A model generated the notes under the pieces. The model searched no databases. It was not told where the DNA came from and saw only the letters and a program-made list of their open reading frames with translations. A program made the position numbers and the translations under genes. 56,487 bases of DNA. It comes from Candidatus Eiseniibacteriota bacterium. Its GTDB lineage: Bacteria; Eisenbacteria; RBG-16-71-46. Shown here piece after piece: positions 31,049-41,315 of this stretch (positions within the stretch are counted from its first letter, which is position 1; every line of letters starts with the position of its first letter). The DNA is taken from assembly GCA_031366795.1 (NCBI GenBank), contig JANLOX010000065.1:1-56487 (forward strand), given 5' to 3'.

Positions 31049-31942
31049 TTGCCCATCACGACCGCCCCATCTCCGCGAGCAAACCTACGCGTGCCCAGCG
31101 CCGCGCCGTGGGTGGCCCTCATGACCGTCGGCGCAGCGCTGCTCGCAGGCGCCGGCGCGTGTTTCGCCCAGGCGATCGACACGACCCTGTGGGTCACGAA
31201 CGGCACGGTGTCATGCGTTGCTCGCGATGCCGGGCACATCTACATCGGTGGCCAGTTCACGCGCATGGGTCCCGCGACGGGGGCCGCCGTCGCGGTCGAC
31301 TCCGCGACGGGATCGCCCAAGCAACCGTTCCCAAAGATCTCGGGAACGGTCCGTGTCGTGGTGCCCGATGGGAGTGGTGGATGGTATGTGGGAGGCAGCT
31401 TTGCGGCGGTACGCGGCCAGGCGCGCGGGAACCTCGCGCAAATGGATGCAACCGGGAAACTGACTGCCTGGAGCCCCAACGCCGACGGGACCGTCAATGC
31501 CCTCGTCGTGAGCGGAGGCTGTGTCTACGCCGGCGGCACGTTCTCCTACATCGGAGGACAGTCGCGCAACGCGATCACCGCGCTGGATACGGCGGGCGCC
31601 GCGACGAGCTGGGACCCGAACGCGAACAGTGATGTCTACACGCTGGCGATGACGGGAGACACCGTTTACGCAGGCGGCGACCTTTGCAGCGGTCGTTGTT
31701 GCAGGACGGCCCGTGGACCGATGTCGCGGCAGCGGTGCGGTTGCCGCGGGTGTGTACTTCGTGCGCTACATTGTGCCGGGGCGGAGCTACGTGAGTCGCG
31801 TCGCGATCGTTCGGTCGCCGTCGAAACTGGATCGCCTCTTGCGTCACGCGGGGCCCTGTGGGCTGTAGCACGCCCCAGGCGGCCAACGGCCGCGCCTTGG
31901 CACGCGCATCCTTCAAACCACGGACGAATTTTCAATTCGTGA
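31049..31942 (+). pseudogene. 5' fragment of a secreted beta-propeller repeat protein, truncated near 31682
   Basis: Signal peptide, then repeats IYIGGQF / WYVGGSF / VYAGGTF / VYAGGD with W.PNA..V; sequence after GGD is Arg/Cys-rich and not protein-like. Confidence 0.7.
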
Positions 31943-31993
31943 CCGATCCCGGCTGCGCCGCCCGGAACGTTCACCCCACCACGGAGCATCTCG

Positions 31994-32848
31994 ATGACCC
32001 GAATCACTGTCGGACAGGAAAACTCCACACCGATTCAGCTTTACTACGAAGATCACGGAGCGGGTACGCCCGTCGTACTCATCCACGGATGGCCGTTGAG
32101 TGGCACGTCATGGGAGAAGCAGGTCGCGGCACTGCTCGCCGCAGGCTATCGCGTCATCACCTACGACCGCAGGGGGTTCGGTCAATCGAGCAAACCTGCG
32201 ACCGGCTACGACTACGACACCTTCGCCGACGACTTGAACACGATCATGACGAAGCTCGACCTGCATGACTGCGCGCTCGTTGGGTTTTCAATGGGCGGCG
32301 GAGAAGTCGCGCGTTACCTCGGCAAGCATGGTTCGAAGCGCGTGAACAAGGCGGTGTTCATCTCGGCGATCACGCCGTTCCTGCTCAAGACGCCGGATAA
32401 CGCGACGGGGGAAGACCGCTCGGTGTTCGAGGGGATCCAGAAAGCCGTAACGGCGGACCGCGCGGCGTTCCTCACCGAATTCTTCTCGAAGTTCTACAAC
32501 GTCGATGTGCTCGGCGGGAAGCTCGTCAGCGAGCAGTTGGTTGACTATAGTTGGGGCGTCGGCATGAGCGCCTCAGCGAAGGGAACCCTGGATAGTGTGC
32601 TGGCGTGGCTGACTGATTTCCGTAAGGACATCTCGCGCATTGACATACCTACGCTGATCATGCACGGCGATGCGGACAGGATTCTACCGATCGCTGCCAC
32701 CGCGATGCCACTGTCCAAGCTCATCAAGGGCGCCCGGCTGGTAGTTGTCGAGGGGGCGCCGCACGGCATGATCTGGACGCACGCAGACAAGGTGAATGCC
32801 GAACTCGTGCAATTCTTGGGTCAGCCGGCGGCGATTGTTACGGCTTAG
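31994..32848 (+). CDS. Non-heme haloperoxidase-like alpha/beta hydrolase
   Basis: HGWPL, YDRRGFG.S, GFSMGGG nucleophile, HGDAD and GAPHG. Confidence 0.93.
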   Translation: MTRITVGQENSTPIQLYYEDHGAGTPVVLIHGWPLSGTSWEKQVAALLAAGYRVITYDRRGFGQSSKPATGYDYDTFADDLNTIMTKLDLHDCALVGFSMGGGEVARYLGKHGSKRVNKAVFISAITPFLLKTPDNATGEDRSVFEGIQKAVTADRAAFLTEFFSKFYNVDVLGGKLVSEQLVDYSWGVGMSASAKGTLDSVLAWLTDFRKDISRIDIPTLIMHGDADRILPIAATAMPLSKLIKGARLVVVEGAPHGMIWTHADKVNAELVQFLGQPAAIVTA

Positions 32849-32920
32849 CCTCGGTCGTGTCACCCGGGTGCCCGGCCGTACTTGGGACGTGCACCCGGGT
32901 GATATCCGGTTTGGTCCGGT

Positions 32921-33490
32921 CTACGGCGTGGCCCTGAATGGTTCCTTCAGCACGACCTTCACGCCCGAAATCGTGCCGGTGAGGGCGCCGCGGACGGAGT
33001 TTCCAGCCGTCGTACTGAGCTTGCTTGCCGCCTCGAACGCGGCGGTGCCGGCCGCTGAGGCGGCTTCCTCGCCGGTCAAGCCCGCGTCCCTGGCGGAGTG
33101 GATGGCGCCCTCGACCAGCCCCGTCGCCGCCGCCCCCAAGTCACCCCCGACCTCGGCCGTGTGTTTGATGACTGAGCTCGCGGTATGGCTAATCGTGGTC
33201 ACGGCTTCAGCGCCGGTTGCATTTGTGCCGCGCAAGATGCCGATGACGGCGCCCCTCGCTGCGGCGCCCAAGTCGCCGCCAACCTCTGTCGCGCCATGAA
33301 TCACGCCCCCGGCGACATGGGTGATGGCCTCGGTACCGGCCACGCCTACGCGAGCGGTATCCTTGAGGGCGGTCGAGAACGTGCCGGCGACAGTGTCCAC
33401 GACTGCCTTCGCGATGTCGCCGGTACCCTTGACGGCGGCGACGATATCCCGTTTGACCGTTGCAACCGTGCTTGGGCGAGTTTCATTCAT
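32921..33490 (-). CDS. Ala/Gly/Thr-rich helical repeat protein, function unknown
   Basis: GGAGG RBS; EVGGDLGAAA occurs twice. Confidence 0.75.
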   Translation of the reverse strand: MNETRPSTVATVKRDIVAAVKGTGDIAKAVVDTVAGTFSTALKDTARVGVAGTEAITHVAGGVIHGATEVGGDLGAAARGAVIGILRGTNATGAEAVTTISHTASSVIKHTAEVGGDLGAAATGLVEGAIHSARDAGLTGEEAASAAGTAAFEAASKLSTTAGNSVRGALTGTISGVKVVLKEPFRATP

Positions 33491-33554
33491 GATGGACCTC
33501 CTGTGGGACTGCAATGGAACAGGCTGCTGTGGCGTCGTGCTTACGCCAGCCCAA

Positions 33555-33570
33555 AGCATAGATGGTGCCA
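33555..33570 (-). promoter_or_regulatory. sigma54 (-24/-12) promoter
   Basis: Minus strand TGGCAC-CATCT-ATGCT, 65 bp upstream of the 33490 start. Confidence 0.7.
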
Positions 33571-33803
33571 GCGGGGGGGGGCGATGACGCGTTCTCATGG
33601 CGCGGCCGCGGATACTGGTTTAGCGATGACCGCACGTATCGGAGCTGGCATCGCTGAGATGTGCCGGCTGATGGCTCGCGCTGAGATTTCTACAAACACA
33701 TGCGCGATCTACAAACGCTTCGGCGCACCGTTGCTGGGATGGTCGAAAGCTATTGATCGTTCCCGCATGGAGTTGAAGCGAAGTAGCCATCCGACGAAGG
33801 ACT

Positions 33804-33819
33804 CGGCACGAATCTCGCG
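33804..33819 (+). promoter_or_regulatory. Probable sigma54 promoter for the DUF4142 gene
   Basis: CGGCAC-GAATC-TCGCG with correct GG/GC spacing. Confidence 0.5.
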
Positions 33820-33902
33820 TTCCGGCGAGCAGGTCGGCCGTGCCCTGAGGTTCTGGAGCGGTCGCAGCTGCTGCGCGCACCCCTTCCACCTGGAGGTACA
33901 CG

Positions 33903-34514
33903 GTGTCCATCAAGTCCCCTCATTCGACTCGGAATGCCCTCGGTCTTTCCGTGCTGCTACTGCTGGTCATGCTTGCCGCCTCGTGCGGGAAGAAGGAATC
34001 GCCCGAGAACGAAGCGAGCGAGGTGAAGTCGCCCGTGCCCTCGGAGCAGGCCACGGCCCCCGCCCTGACTGACGCTAATATCGTTTCAATGGTCCTGGTG
34101 GCGAACAAGATGGACGTCGAGAATGCGAAGATGGCCTTGGGCAAGACTAAGAACCCAGCCGTGAAGGAATTCGCGAACCAGATGAAGAAGGACCACACAG
34201 CGGCGATCCAACAGACGAACGATCTGGCGTCGAAACTCAGCTTGAAAGGCGAGGATAACGATTCAAGCCGCCAGCTCGAAGAAAATGCCGACGCCACCCG
34301 CAAGACGATCGACGAGTCAAAGGGCGCCGGTTTCGACAAGGCATACGTTGACAATGAGGTCGTGCTCCATCAGGCCCTGCTCGATCTGTTGGACAAGACA
34401 CTGATTGTCGGGGCCACCAATGCGGAACTGAAGTCCCTGCTGGAGAACACGCGTTCCGTCGTCGCGATGCATCTGGCGCACGCCAAAACCGTGCAGTCCT
34501 CACTCGGCGGCTAG
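33903..34514 (+). CDS. DUF4142 domain lipoprotein
   Basis: Lipobox AASC; LTDANI, VKEFANQM.KDH, FDKAYVDNEV..H and HLAHAK; GGAGG RBS. Confidence 0.9.
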   Translation: MSIKSPHSTRNALGLSVLLLLVMLAASCGKKESPENEASEVKSPVPSEQATAPALTDANIVSMVLVANKMDVENAKMALGKTKNPAVKEFANQMKKDHTAAIQQTNDLASKLSLKGEDNDSSRQLEENADATRKTIDESKGAGFDKAYVDNEVVLHQALLDLLDKTLIVGATNAELKSLLENTRSVVAMHLAHAKTVQSSLGG

Positions 34515-34825
34515 AGTCGGCGTGGCGGCATGACGAGTGGCCGCCGTGTCCTTAAGATGTCCTTCTCACCGCCCAGGCCTCACGGGGGGCAATTGGGCGA
34601 CGCAACGGGATAGGCGATGAGACGGTCTGTGAACCGGAAACGGCTTGTGATGGCGGAGACATTTTCCGATGGGTCTGCGAACCGTGGGCAACCACATGGT
34701 TCGCGTCAGAGCCCTTATATGCCGGCCAGAAGCATCACCTGTGAGTCAAACCTCACCATCGCCTGTTCCGCTGAGCCGTTGCACCCCTCGTTATTCCGAC
34801 TCGATCGAGGACGGGGTGATTGCCG

Positions 34826-35422
34826 ATGAACGTCAGGAATGCCGCCAAAGATTTTCCGGTGGTTTGCGTCGGCGGATCGGCCGGTGGGCTCGACGCCTAT
34901 ACGCGGTTGCTTCAACAATTGCCGGCCGATATGGGCGTTGCCATCGTCATCGTCAATCACGTGAGGACAGTAGCCACGCAACTCCACGTGATTCTCCCGC
35001 GCTTCACCACGATGCCTGTTGAACTGATCACGGAACGGCTCGACATCCAGCCTAACCGTGTCTTCATTATCCCAGAACAGCGTGATTTGCATGTCCTTGA
35101 TGGAGAATTCCGCCTGAAGCCGATATCCAAGCCGCGAGGGTGGCCTGACGTGATCACCGTCTTTTTGCAATCCCTCACCAAGCATTGGAGCGGCAAGCTG
35201 ATCGCAGTCATCGTCTCTGGATACGATGGTGATGGCGCCGCCGCACTGTGCGGCATACGGGAAGTGGAAGGAATTACTATTGCGCAGAGCCCAGCTACGG
35301 CCGGGGTTCCGGACATGCCTGCCAGCGCAATCGCAAGCGGGTGCATCGATTTTATTCTTGCACCCGAGCAGATCGCCAGGGAGATCATTCGCATTGCGCA
35401 GACCATATCGCGCTCGGAGTGA
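34826..35422 (+). CDS. Stand-alone CheB methylesterase domain protein (no receiver domain)
   Basis: GGSAGG, VNH, SGYDGDG and DMP.SAI motifs. Confidence 0.9.
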   Translation: MNVRNAAKDFPVVCVGGSAGGLDAYTRLLQQLPADMGVAIVIVNHVRTVATQLHVILPRFTTMPVELITERLDIQPNRVFIIPEQRDLHVLDGEFRLKPISKPRGWPDVITVFLQSLTKHWSGKLIAVIVSGYDGDGAAALCGIREVEGITIAQSPATAGVPDMPASAIASGCIDFILAPEQIAREIIRIAQTISRSE

Positions 35423-35629
35423 AGCCCGTTAGTTGCGCGTTGAGGGCGGTTGGTCGATCGTGCCGGACGGCTACGTGCCGCGCGATCACTGCGGCCGGCT
35501 GGTGAACGCCGAAGCGTGTATCATGCCCTTGCGTTTCCCTACGGGTGCCCACGGTTCGGGCCGCCCGTGTCCGATCGCAGTTGACGACGTACATGCCCCG
35601 ACGAGGCCACGGCCCATGAATGGTTCGCC

Positions 35630-38600
35630 ATGACGAACATGCCTGAGGATCAATCTCCTGAATTCCCGGCAGTGCCGGTCGAAGCGTCCGAGGAACGCGA
35701 CGACTCGATGCCAGGCGCCGCGTTTCCAATCGTCGGAGTCGGTGCCTCGGCGGGTGGGCTCGAGGCCTTGACGGAACTGATCAAGACGCTGCCGGCTAAC
35801 ACCGGCATGGGGTTCGTCGTGGTGCAACATTTGGCGCCGACACACGTCAGCGCCTTGGCGGAGATCCTCGCGCGGGCGACTGGCATGCCAGTCGTCGAGG
35901 TTCAGGCCGAAACTCCGGTCGAGCCCAATCACGTCTACGTGATTCCACCCGACCGGGGCATGATCATTGTCCAAGGGGTGTTGCAACTCCTGCCTCGCGA
36001 GCGCGGGCTGCACCGGCCGGTCGACCAGTTCTTCCGCTCGCTGGCTGAAGACCTAAGGCACGAGGCCATCGGCGTAGTCCTGTCCGGGACGGCCACGGAC
36101 GGCACCCTTGGCTTGGAAGCGATCAAGGGAGAGGACGGCATCACGTTCGCCCAGGACGCGACGGCCCAACACGAGGGGATGCCGCATAGCGCCATCGCTT
36201 CGGGGTGCGTGGATTTCGTGCTGCCGCCGGAGGGCATCGCCCAAGAGATTGTCCGCATCAGTAAGCACCAGTCTGCCTTGCCGTTCGCCATGGCCCGGAA
36301 GTCTGAAAACGAGCCTGGTTTTGCCCAGGTCGTGCAATTACTCCACCACGTCACCGGCGTCGATTTCACCCACTACAAGTTCAACACACTCTTCCGCCGC
36401 CTGACCCGCCGAATGGTCTTCCTAAAACTGGATACGTTGCCGGAGTACATAAAGCACCTGCGCGAGGCGCCGGCCGAAGTGGAGGCTCTTTACCAGGATA
36501 TCCTTATCAACGTCACCAGCTTTTTCCGCGATAAAGAGTCGTTCGAGATGCTCAAGAGCAATGTGTTTGCCCGCCTGCTCAAGGATCGTTCACGCCACGA
36601 GCCGGTGCGGTTCTGGACGCTCGGTTGCTCGACGGGGCAGGAGGCGTATTCCCTGGCCATGGCGTTCGCGGAGGCCGCAGAAGCTGCGGGTAGTTCCGTG
36701 CCGCTCCAGCTGTTCGCCACCGACCTGAACGCCGCGGGGATTGAGAAGGCGCGCGCAGGGATCTACCCGAAGGATATCGCCCAGGATGTCTCGCCCGAAC
36801 GCCTGCGGCGGTTCTTCACCGAAGTGGACGGCAGCTATCGGATCAGCAAGGCCATCCGCGATGCGTGCGTGTTCTCCCGGCACAACGTGATGACCGACCC
36901 GCCGTTCTCGCGCATCGACCTGATCAGCTGCCGCAACCTGCTCATTTACCTGGAACCGGTGTTGCAAAAGAGAATCCTGCCGATTCTGCATTACGCACTC
37001 AAGCCGTCCGGTTGCCTGTGGTTGGGCGCCTCGGAGACGATCGGCGCGTATCGGGACTTGTTCGACGCCGAGGATGCCAAACACAAGATCTACGCAAAGA
37101 AGCCGGGCTCCGGCCCGGGGCGCGGCCACTTCCCGTTGCAACACGACGGCGTTTCGCGAGCTCCGTTCACCCCAATCACCGGGCGCACGGGCGACGGCGC
37201 GGACCTGCACCGTGAGGCGGACCGCCTCCTTTCGACCAGGTATTCCCCGCCTGCCGTACTTGTCTCCGCGGACCTCGATATCTTGCAATACCGCGGCGAT
37301 ACCGGTCCCTATTTGGCACCGGCTCCGGGCAAAGCCAGCCTGAACTTGCTGAAGATGCTGCGCGAAGGACTGTTGGTGGGCGTCCGCGCAGCGGTCCTGC
37401 GGGCCGGCCAGGACGGGGCTTCGGTGCGGGAGGAGGGATTGCGCGTCCGGTCCGACGGGGGCTCCCGCGAGGTCGCGATCGAAGTGATTCCGATCAAGGG
37501 AGGCGGGAGCAAGGAGAGCGGCTTCCTGATCCTATTCGAGGATGCACATGTTCGCCGGGAGGACGGGGCTCCCGCCGGACCGCAGGGGCCAGAAAGCTTG
37601 CAGGGAACCTCGCCTCCTCAGAGGGCACAGCCCGATTCCCCAGACTCCGAAAACGCTCGGCTGGCGCGGGAGTTGTCCGCAACCCGCGAATACCTTCAAT
37701 CATTGATTGAGCAACAGGAGGCCGCCAATGAGGAACTGCAATCTGCCAACGAGGAGGTCCAGTCCGCCAATGAGGAACTGCAAAGCACGAACGAGGAGTT
37801 GGAAACCTCCAAGGAGGAAATCCAGTCCAGCAATGAAGAGCTGGCCACCGTCAACGACGAGCTGAACAACCGAAACACGGAAATGAACCGAGTCAATAAC
37901 GACCTCGTCAATCTGCTTGGAAGCGTCCAGATTGCCATCGTCATGCTCGGGCGCGACCTGCGGGTCCGGCGATTCACACCAGCGGCGGAGAAACTACTCA
38001 ACCTGATTCCCGCCGACGTGGGCCGTCCGCTTCCCGACATCAACCTCAAACTCGATGGCCTCCCGGAGCTGGAACCACTCCTCATGGAGGTGCTCGATAC
38101 GGTCAGCACCGCGGAGCGCAACGTCCGGGACAAGGACGGCCGCTGGTACTCCCTACGCCTTCGTCCCTACCGGACCTTGGATAATACCATTGACGGCGTG
38201 GTCGTGATGCTGGTGGACATGACGGATCACAAACGAGCTGAGGCCATCGTCAAGACCCAGAACGACCGGTTGGCTCTGCTCTGGGAGGCGGCCGGCGTGC
38301 TGCTCTCGACCAACGACCCGAACGCCATGGTGCGAGGGTTGTTCGCCAAGATCGGCCCGCCTTTGGGCGCGGACGTTTATTTCAACCACATGGTGGACGA
38401 AACCGGCGACGTCCTGCGGCTGGCGTCGTATGCCGGAGTCCCTGAAGACTCCGTCACTTCCTTTGAGCGGATGGAGTTCGGCCAAAACATCGTCGGTACC
38501 GTGGCAGTGAACCGTCAAGTTCTCGTGGCAACCCACATTCAGCAGTCCGTCGAGCCAAAGTTCCTGCTGGCCAAGTCAATCGGCCTCCGGGCCTATGCCT

Positions 38601-39889
38601 GCAATCCCCTGATGTCAGGCAACCTGTTGTTTGGCACGCTCTCCTTCGCCAGCCGGACGAGGGATCAGTTCGACCCCGACGAACTGGCCATGCTGCAAGC
38701 CATCTCCCACTACGCCGCCGTAGCCTATGAGCGGCTCCGGCTGGTGAACAAGCTGCGGGAGGCGGACCAACGCAAGAACGAGTTCCTAGCGTTGCTCGCT
38801 CACGAAATCCGTAACCCCCTTGCCCCGATTTCCAATGCTCTGAATATCATGAGGACGACAGACCAAAGAGAGACACAATTTTCGGCATTCGAGATAATGG
38901 AGCGTCAGGTCGGCCATTTGGTCAGGCTGGTGGATGACCTGATCGACGTGAGCCGCATCAGCCTGGGCAAGGTAGACCTTCGCATGGAGCGGGTCGACCT
39001 GGCGCTCGCCGTGAACCACGCCGCCGAGGACGCGCGCGTATTATTCAATGACATGCGCCAAGCCCTGAGCGTGGCTGTTCCCCCACAGCCGGTGTACCTG
39101 AATGCCGACCCGAACCGGCTGACCCAGGTGCTCGGCAACCTCTTGAACAACGCTTCCAAGTACACCCAGCAGGGTGGTCGCGTTGCCATTACGGTCGAGC
39201 GGGATGGGGAACAGGCTGTCATCCGCGTGCGCGATACCGGCATCGGCCTCAACGCCGACCAACTGACTCGCATCTTCGAGATGTTCATGCAGGTCGATAC
39301 GTCGCCGGAGCGTTCGGGAAGTGGTTTAGGTCTCGGCCTGACATTGGTGAGGACTTTGGTGGAGATGCACGGCGGCACCGTGGAGGTTCACAGTGCCGGC
39401 CTTGGCCAGGGGAGTGAGTTCGTCGTACGACTGCCGATGATGGCAGCGACGGGCGGTCCACCATTGCTGGAGCCAAGCGCGGACACGCAGACGCCCATCG
39501 CGACTCGACGTGTCCTCATCGTCGACGACAATCCGGACACGGTCACGTCGCTTGCGATATTGCTGGAGCACAGCGGCCACGAGGTCCAGACTGCACAGGA
39601 CGGCCTCGAAGCAGTCGCGGTGGCGGAGACGTTTCAGCCTGACATAGCGCTGCTCGACCTGGGCCTGCCAAAGTTGAACGGTTACGACGCGGCCCGCAGG
39701 ATTCGAGAGCAGCCATGGGGGAAGACGATGCTGCTGGTGGCCATGACCGGGTGGGGCCAGCCGGAGGCCCGCCGCAAGTCCGCTGAGGCCGGTTTCAACG
39801 TGCACCTGGTCAAGCCGGTGAGCCATGACGCCCTTATGACGCTGCTTACCAAGTCACGGTCCGGTACGCCGCGCGACCTGGGTCAATAG
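35630..39889 (+). CDS. CheB-CheR-coiled coil-PAS-GAF-histidine kinase-receiver hybrid
   Basis: GASAGG; INVTSFFRD, GCSTGQEAYS and SCRNLLIY; NEELQS repeats; LAHEIRNPL; NLLNNASKY; GLGLGL; DLGLPKLNG; KPV. Confidence 0.95.
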   Translation: MTNMPEDQSPEFPAVPVEASEERDDSMPGAAFPIVGVGASAGGLEALTELIKTLPANTGMGFVVVQHLAPTHVSALAEILARATGMPVVEVQAETPVEPNHVYVIPPDRGMIIVQGVLQLLPRERGLHRPVDQFFRSLAEDLRHEAIGVVLSGTATDGTLGLEAIKGEDGITFAQDATAQHEGMPHSAIASGCVDFVLPPEGIAQEIVRISKHQSALPFAMARKSENEPGFAQVVQLLHHVTGVDFTHYKFNTLFRRLTRRMVFLKLDTLPEYIKHLREAPAEVEALYQDILINVTSFFRDKESFEMLKSNVFARLLKDRSRHEPVRFWTLGCSTGQEAYSLAMAFAEAAEAAGSSVPLQLFATDLNAAGIEKARAGIYPKDIAQDVSPERLRRFFTEVDGSYRISKAIRDACVFSRHNVMTDPPFSRIDLISCRNLLIYLEPVLQKRILPILHYALKPSGCLWLGASETIGAYRDLFDAEDAKHKIYAKKPGSGPGRGHFPLQHDGVSRAPFTPITGRTGDGADLHREADRLLSTRYSPPAVLVSADLDILQYRGDTGPYLAPAPGKASLNLLKMLREGLLVGVRAAVLRAGQDGASVREEGLRVRSDGGSREVAIEVIPIKGGGSKESGFLILFEDAHVRREDGAPAGPQGPESLQGTSPPQRAQPDSPDSENARLARELSATREYLQSLIEQQEAANEELQSANEEVQSANEELQSTNEELETSKEEIQSSNEELATVNDELNNRNTEMNRVNNDLVNLLGSVQIAIVMLGRDLRVRRFTPAAEKLLNLIPADVGRPLPDINLKLDGLPELEPLLMEVLDTVSTAERNVRDKDGRWYSLRLRPYRTLDNTIDGVVVMLVDMTDHKRAEAIVKTQNDRLALLWEAAGVLLSTNDPNAMVRGLFAKIGPPLGADVYFNHMVDETGDVLRLASYAGVPEDSVTSFERMEFGQNIVGTVAVNRQVLVATHIQQSVEPKFLLAKSIGLRAYACNPLMSGNLLFGTLSFASRTRDQFDPDELAMLQAISHYAAVAYERLRLVNKLREADQRKNEFLALLAHEIRNPLAPISNALNIMRTTDQRETQFSAFEIMERQVGHLVRLVDDLIDVSRISLGKVDLRMERVDLALAVNHAAEDARVLFNDMRQALSVAVPPQPVYLNADPNRLTQVLGNLLNNASKYTQQGGRVAITVERDGEQAVIRVRDTGIGLNADQLTRIFEMFMQVDTSPERSGSGLGLGLTLVRTLVEMHGGTVEVHSAGLGQGSEFVVRLPMMAATGGPPLLEPSADTQTPIATRRVLIVDDNPDTVTSLAILLEHSGHEVQTAQDGLEAVAVAETFQPDIALLDLGLPKLNGYDAARRIREQPWGKTMLLVAMTGWGQPEARRKSAEAGFNVHLVKPVSHDALMTLLTKSRSGTPRDLGQ
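37721..37864 (+). repeat. 21-bp-period coding repeat (NEE[LVI]QS heptads)
   Basis: Encodes AANEELQSANEEVQSANEELQSTNEELETSKEEIQSSNEELATVNDEL. Confidence 0.85.
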
Positions 39890-39913
39890 CCCTTAAAAGA
39901 GAGGTCGAGAACC

Positions 39914-41098
39914 ATGCACCCAGGAGCCGAGTCCGATCGCACGCAGCCGGATCACCTACAATCTTCGCGTAATGACACGCCCCTTGAGTCAATTGCCGAA
40001 CTTATCGAGCGGGATCGAAGCGGCCTGCTGTCGAGGTGGCGAGACCAGGTCAGGCAGCTTCCCTCAGCGCGCAAACTCGACATCCCGACGCTCAATGACC
40101 ACATTCCGACACTCTTGGAAGAATTGGCTTACGCGCTTCGAACCCGATCGCACGAGAGCATCGCCGAAGCGCTGGCGGACGGCAGTCCGCCCGCTCATGG
40201 GCTGCAGCGTGCCCAGGACGCCTTCGATATTGAAGAAGTCGTCGCTGAGTACAACATTCTACGGGGCTGCCTTCACGATCTCGCCGACGCCAATGGAGTG
40301 ATCCTGCAAGGGCAGCCATTCCACATCATGAATCGTGTGTTCGACCAAGCCATCGGCCTGGCGGTACAGACGTATGCCACGCAGCGGGCGCTCGACGTGC
40401 AAAAGCGCCGGGAAGAATACCTCGCATTTGTGGCGCATGACCTGCGAACGCCCCTCAATGCCATCGCCCTCGCGACGCGAGTCTTGGAACTGATGCTGCC
40501 AAACCGCGATGCAAGCATCGAAACGTCTCGAATGATGATGGCGCTTCGTCGCAATGTGAGGCACCTTGAGGGGCTGGTCGAGAAAGTGCTCAAGGAGAAC
40601 ACAAACCTCGAAACGGACGTCGGGATCAAGTTGGAGAGGCGCGAGATTGATTTGTGGCCACTCGTCGAGGCGCTCGTCCATGATCTCCATCCCGTGGCCG
40701 GGGCAGGCACGCAGCTGGTCAACGAAGTGCCGGATGATTTATCGACCTTCGCAGATGCCAGCTTGTTACGGCGGATATTCCAGAACTTGATCGCCAATGC
40801 CATCAAATACACGCCGCACGGGGCGGTGCGAATTGGCGCCTCGGCGATGAGCGACAACGGCCACGTCGAGTGCTGGGTGAGCGACAATGGTGCCGGAATT
40901 CCGGAGGACCGACTGCATTCTGTGTTTGAAAAGCTCGAGACTGATCCCAGCAGTGAAGAGGGCGGGTTAGGCCTTGGGCTGGCGATCGTTAAGACTTTCG
41001 TTGAGGCCCACGGTGGGGCGGTTGGCGTCGAGAGTAGGGAAGGACTCGGCTCTACCTTCCGCTTCACTCTGCCTGGCCGCTCTGGGAGCCAAACGTAG
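39914..41098 (+). CDS. Cytoplasmic histidine kinase with RsbRD_N-like N-terminal domain
   Basis: L.DHIP.LLEEL, HGLQR..FDIEEVV.EY; AHDLRTPL; NLIANAIKY; GLGLGL. Confidence 0.9.
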   Translation: MHPGAESDRTQPDHLQSSRNDTPLESIAELIERDRSGLLSRWRDQVRQLPSARKLDIPTLNDHIPTLLEELAYALRTRSHESIAEALADGSPPAHGLQRAQDAFDIEEVVAEYNILRGCLHDLADANGVILQGQPFHIMNRVFDQAIGLAVQTYATQRALDVQKRREEYLAFVAHDLRTPLNAIALATRVLELMLPNRDASIETSRMMMALRRNVRHLEGLVEKVLKENTNLETDVGIKLERREIDLWPLVEALVHDLHPVAGAGTQLVNEVPDDLSTFADASLLRRIFQNLIANAIKYTPHGAVRIGASAMSDNGHVECWVSDNGAGIPEDRLHSVFEKLETDPSSEEGGLGLGLAIVKTFVEAHGGAVGVESREGLGSTFRFTLPGRSGSQT

Positions 41099-41315
41099 AA
41101 ATTTCGCGATTCCGTGGTGCCGGGCGTTCCGCTCGTAGAAGTAGCCGCCCGCGGGTTCGCCGCTGCTGTAACATCGGGTGAATTCCATTGCACGGGCACG
41201 AACGCCGCCTCTAGACTCATAAGCTGAGTCTGTCGGGCCGCTTGCCCCAGGGGGGGGGCGAGCAGCCGTTTCAATTGCTCCGCCCAGTCCTCACTGTTGT
41301 TGCCCGGAGGAGCAG

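Noticed and set aside
37721-37864. Repeats as a possible CRISPR array
   Set aside because: Degenerate in-frame 21-bp coding heptads, no spacers and no cas genes
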